DNA of 64,000 nt from Orbicella franksi (Eukaryota), in assembly GCA_964199315.1 (NCBI GenBank), contig OZ116710.1, positions 23,560,001 to 23,624,000 on the forward strand. The letters run 5' to 3'. The translations under genes were made by a program, and so were the position numbers. The notes under the pieces are model-generated. The model saw only the letters and a program-made list of their open reading frames with translations. It had not been told where the DNA came from and did not search any database. Shown one piece after another: positions 61,659-64,000 of this stretch. How positions within the stretch are numbered: position 1 is the stretch's first letter; each line of letters starts with the position of its first letter.

Positions 61659-63821
61659 AAATAGAAAAGAAATACAAAAATCAAATAACAGGTTGATAAC
61701 ACAGACAGCTTAAAAATTTTAAAATGGATAATAATTAATTTTGATTGGAACTGGAATGTTGATATCATACTAACCTGTACATGATGTAGTGTCAAAGAAT
61801 AACAACAGTCTGTTTCAATATGAAATCATTGAATGAGAGTTCACCATATTTACCAGTCAGTCCAAAATTGAGTCAGTAGTGCATTTTGGGTCAAGGTAAA
61901 TTGGTTATGGTCCTTGTTCAGTTAACATTATGAAACAGCTGTAGAACAATGATTACTATTATGCAAAAATTACAATACATGATTTTGAATTTATTTTGGA
62001 CATCAACTTGAGAATGCCAAGACTGCCAAGATTATGTTGCCCAATTTCACTTAAGTGAGACATGGACATAAGCAAAAACTTGTTTATTTTAAGCTAAGTC
62101 AAACATAAACAATTTGATTGTAGCTTGTCGGTAAACAGGAAATCTATTGAAAAAAAATAAGTATTTCCTTCAATATTATAAGAAAGATTTCAGACAATTT
62201 TGTTTCAATCATGAACCTGAAGTGAAGGGAACGTTTTTATTTACAATTTATAAGGTTTTTTTCTATAGAACTATGTCCATGGAGAAGAGGAAGGGAAGAA
62301 ATAAAGTTTTACACAAGGAGGCTCTGGCCCAACGTCAAAGACCTATCCATTTTACAGTGTTTTTAACACGAAAGGCTTTCATTTCATATACATCTAGCTT
62401 TTAGCCTGAAACCCCTTTCACAAACCTAATGTGGCCCACTAGATCTTATTTCTGGGATAAATAATCAATTAATGTTTGAAATCACTGTCCTGTTAAGTCT
62501 TATAATACCTCCAGCCTAAAAAAAAGTGCACCTTTAGTCAACTGTAGGAAGAAGTCCCCCAGCTTGGTGCAAAACAATAATAAGGGTACTACATATTGTA
62601 GTGCATGCAAATAAAATAACAATAATTTTCTTTCTTGGAAACAAACATCACGGTATTTTATTCCTATATATCTTGGTAATTGTTTGTGCTAGTATCACTA
62701 GCAATGCAGTAATATTCAAAAGGATTGCAGATATGTCTCTGCTGATAGATTTTTGCAACGATTACAGAACATACTTATGTTGACAAGTATCACGCATGCT
62801 CTTCTTCATGATTCAAGTTTTGATGTCAATTTGTTTAAATCTCTCATTTCTAGGAGCAAAAAAAAAAAAAAACTCTACATCACCAGCCACCATGCGTCTG
62901 GCTTTTTGACGCAATTGGACAGCAAAAAAATAGATCTACACAGTCTCTTGGACTTAATTTGTTCATCCATCACTAAAATATTGCAGTGTATATTTACTCA
63001 ATTGTACATGTAGGTTGCCTTGCATATCATCCGTGAAGGAATTTTCACTCTAGTCGAACTGCATGGAATACAAAAGAAATGGAGTGTGAACAACAACAAA
63101 ACTAAAAGATAAGGCAATTCGAATTTTTTTTTTCTCCCAAGTATTTAAAAACAAGCTTACAAATTTCGAGCTAGCGATACTAACAGAGGCAGAATTTCAA
63201 TGTGTGCATACAAAATAAAACAATAAAGAAACAATGACACCAAAACCTAACAAGAATTTAAGCTTACCTTAAACTACACAACGAGAGAAAGCGAGTGGAA
63301 ACCATCAAATTCTCTTGCCAAGGAGAAAGCTAATCACGATCTCACTTTCTGGCTTTGTCTTCCCGGGTGTCTTGTATCAGTTCTTTGACCTCACCGACCA
63401 TGTTGTTGTGAACGATACATGACCACAGTCATAAATACCTCTAACAGCTTTCATCTAGGTGTGAGCAAAAGCCGATAGGCAAAAAACAACATATTTACGA
63501 AAGAAAAGCACATGAAACCAAAATGGCCGACTTCAATCTTCAAGGTGTTCGACAAACTCGTATCCAGGCTCTCAATCATCGGGCAAAAATGTACGCCTTT
63601 CTAGTCCCCCCTCATCAAAGAACCTTCTTTAAGACGACTGAACTCTTGGACAAAAACAATACTTAGCAAGGGAGGTAGGAGAAAATTGTTTAATCCAGGT
63701 TTAATCCAGGTTTAATGAATAAATTAATTAGAATGGAGTGAGTGAGTGAGTGAGTGAACGCCATCCGACTGCCTGCTAAGCTCATGGATGTTATTACATA
63801 ACATCCATGAGCAAAAAGCTA

Positions 63822-63970
63822 CAATCTTGGACAGAATAAAATGGAACAATTATCCCCCATCCCCCCCAAAGCAATGATGAAGGCGCGAAGGAGCAAAAGC
63901 GCGCCATTTTGGCATCATTGAAATGGGGGGAGGGGTGGTCCAGATGTTCCATTTATTTTGTCCAAGATTG
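63822..63970. mobile_element. 149-bp Tc1/mariner-type MITE
   Basis: TA|caatcttggaca.aataaaatggaaca ... tgttccatttattttgtccaagattg|TA. Confidence 0.75.
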
Positions 63971-64000
63971 TATTTAAGGTTTCAACGTGACAAGACAAAG

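Overview
AT-rich, intron-containing, repeat-dense animal genomic DNA. It is most likely an anthozoan or stony coral, an inference from the SINE and MITE families present. The centre of the window (about 14-38.5 kb) is a cluster I reconstructed exon by exon. It holds a 15-exon Kyakuja-Dileera-Zisupton (KDZ) family DDE transposase gene (+, 14023-24783, one 1-bp frameshift) and an intact 10-exon gene for a 670-aa HMG-box / S-T-P repeat / PHD-finger protein (-, 30480-34382). It also holds a 3.3-kb higher-order tandem array (34630-37900) and the first two exons of a second, decayed KDZ gene with the same intron positions (38121-38516). This looks like one or two large, intron-rich, multi-gene KDZ DNA transposons carrying a chromatin-reader accessory gene. 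Also present are a roughly 3-kb degenerate palindrome (6.9-10 kb), nested hAT- and MULE-type MITEs, a 5'-truncated Penelope-like element (RT + GIY-YIG) and decayed hammerhead ribozyme motifs. Further along are the 3' exons of an MVB12 (MABP+UMA) gene, remnants of pogo, piggyBac, Kolobok, CACTA, Academ and LINE elements, SINEs, and one N gap. All family assignments come from recognised motifs; no database searches were run.
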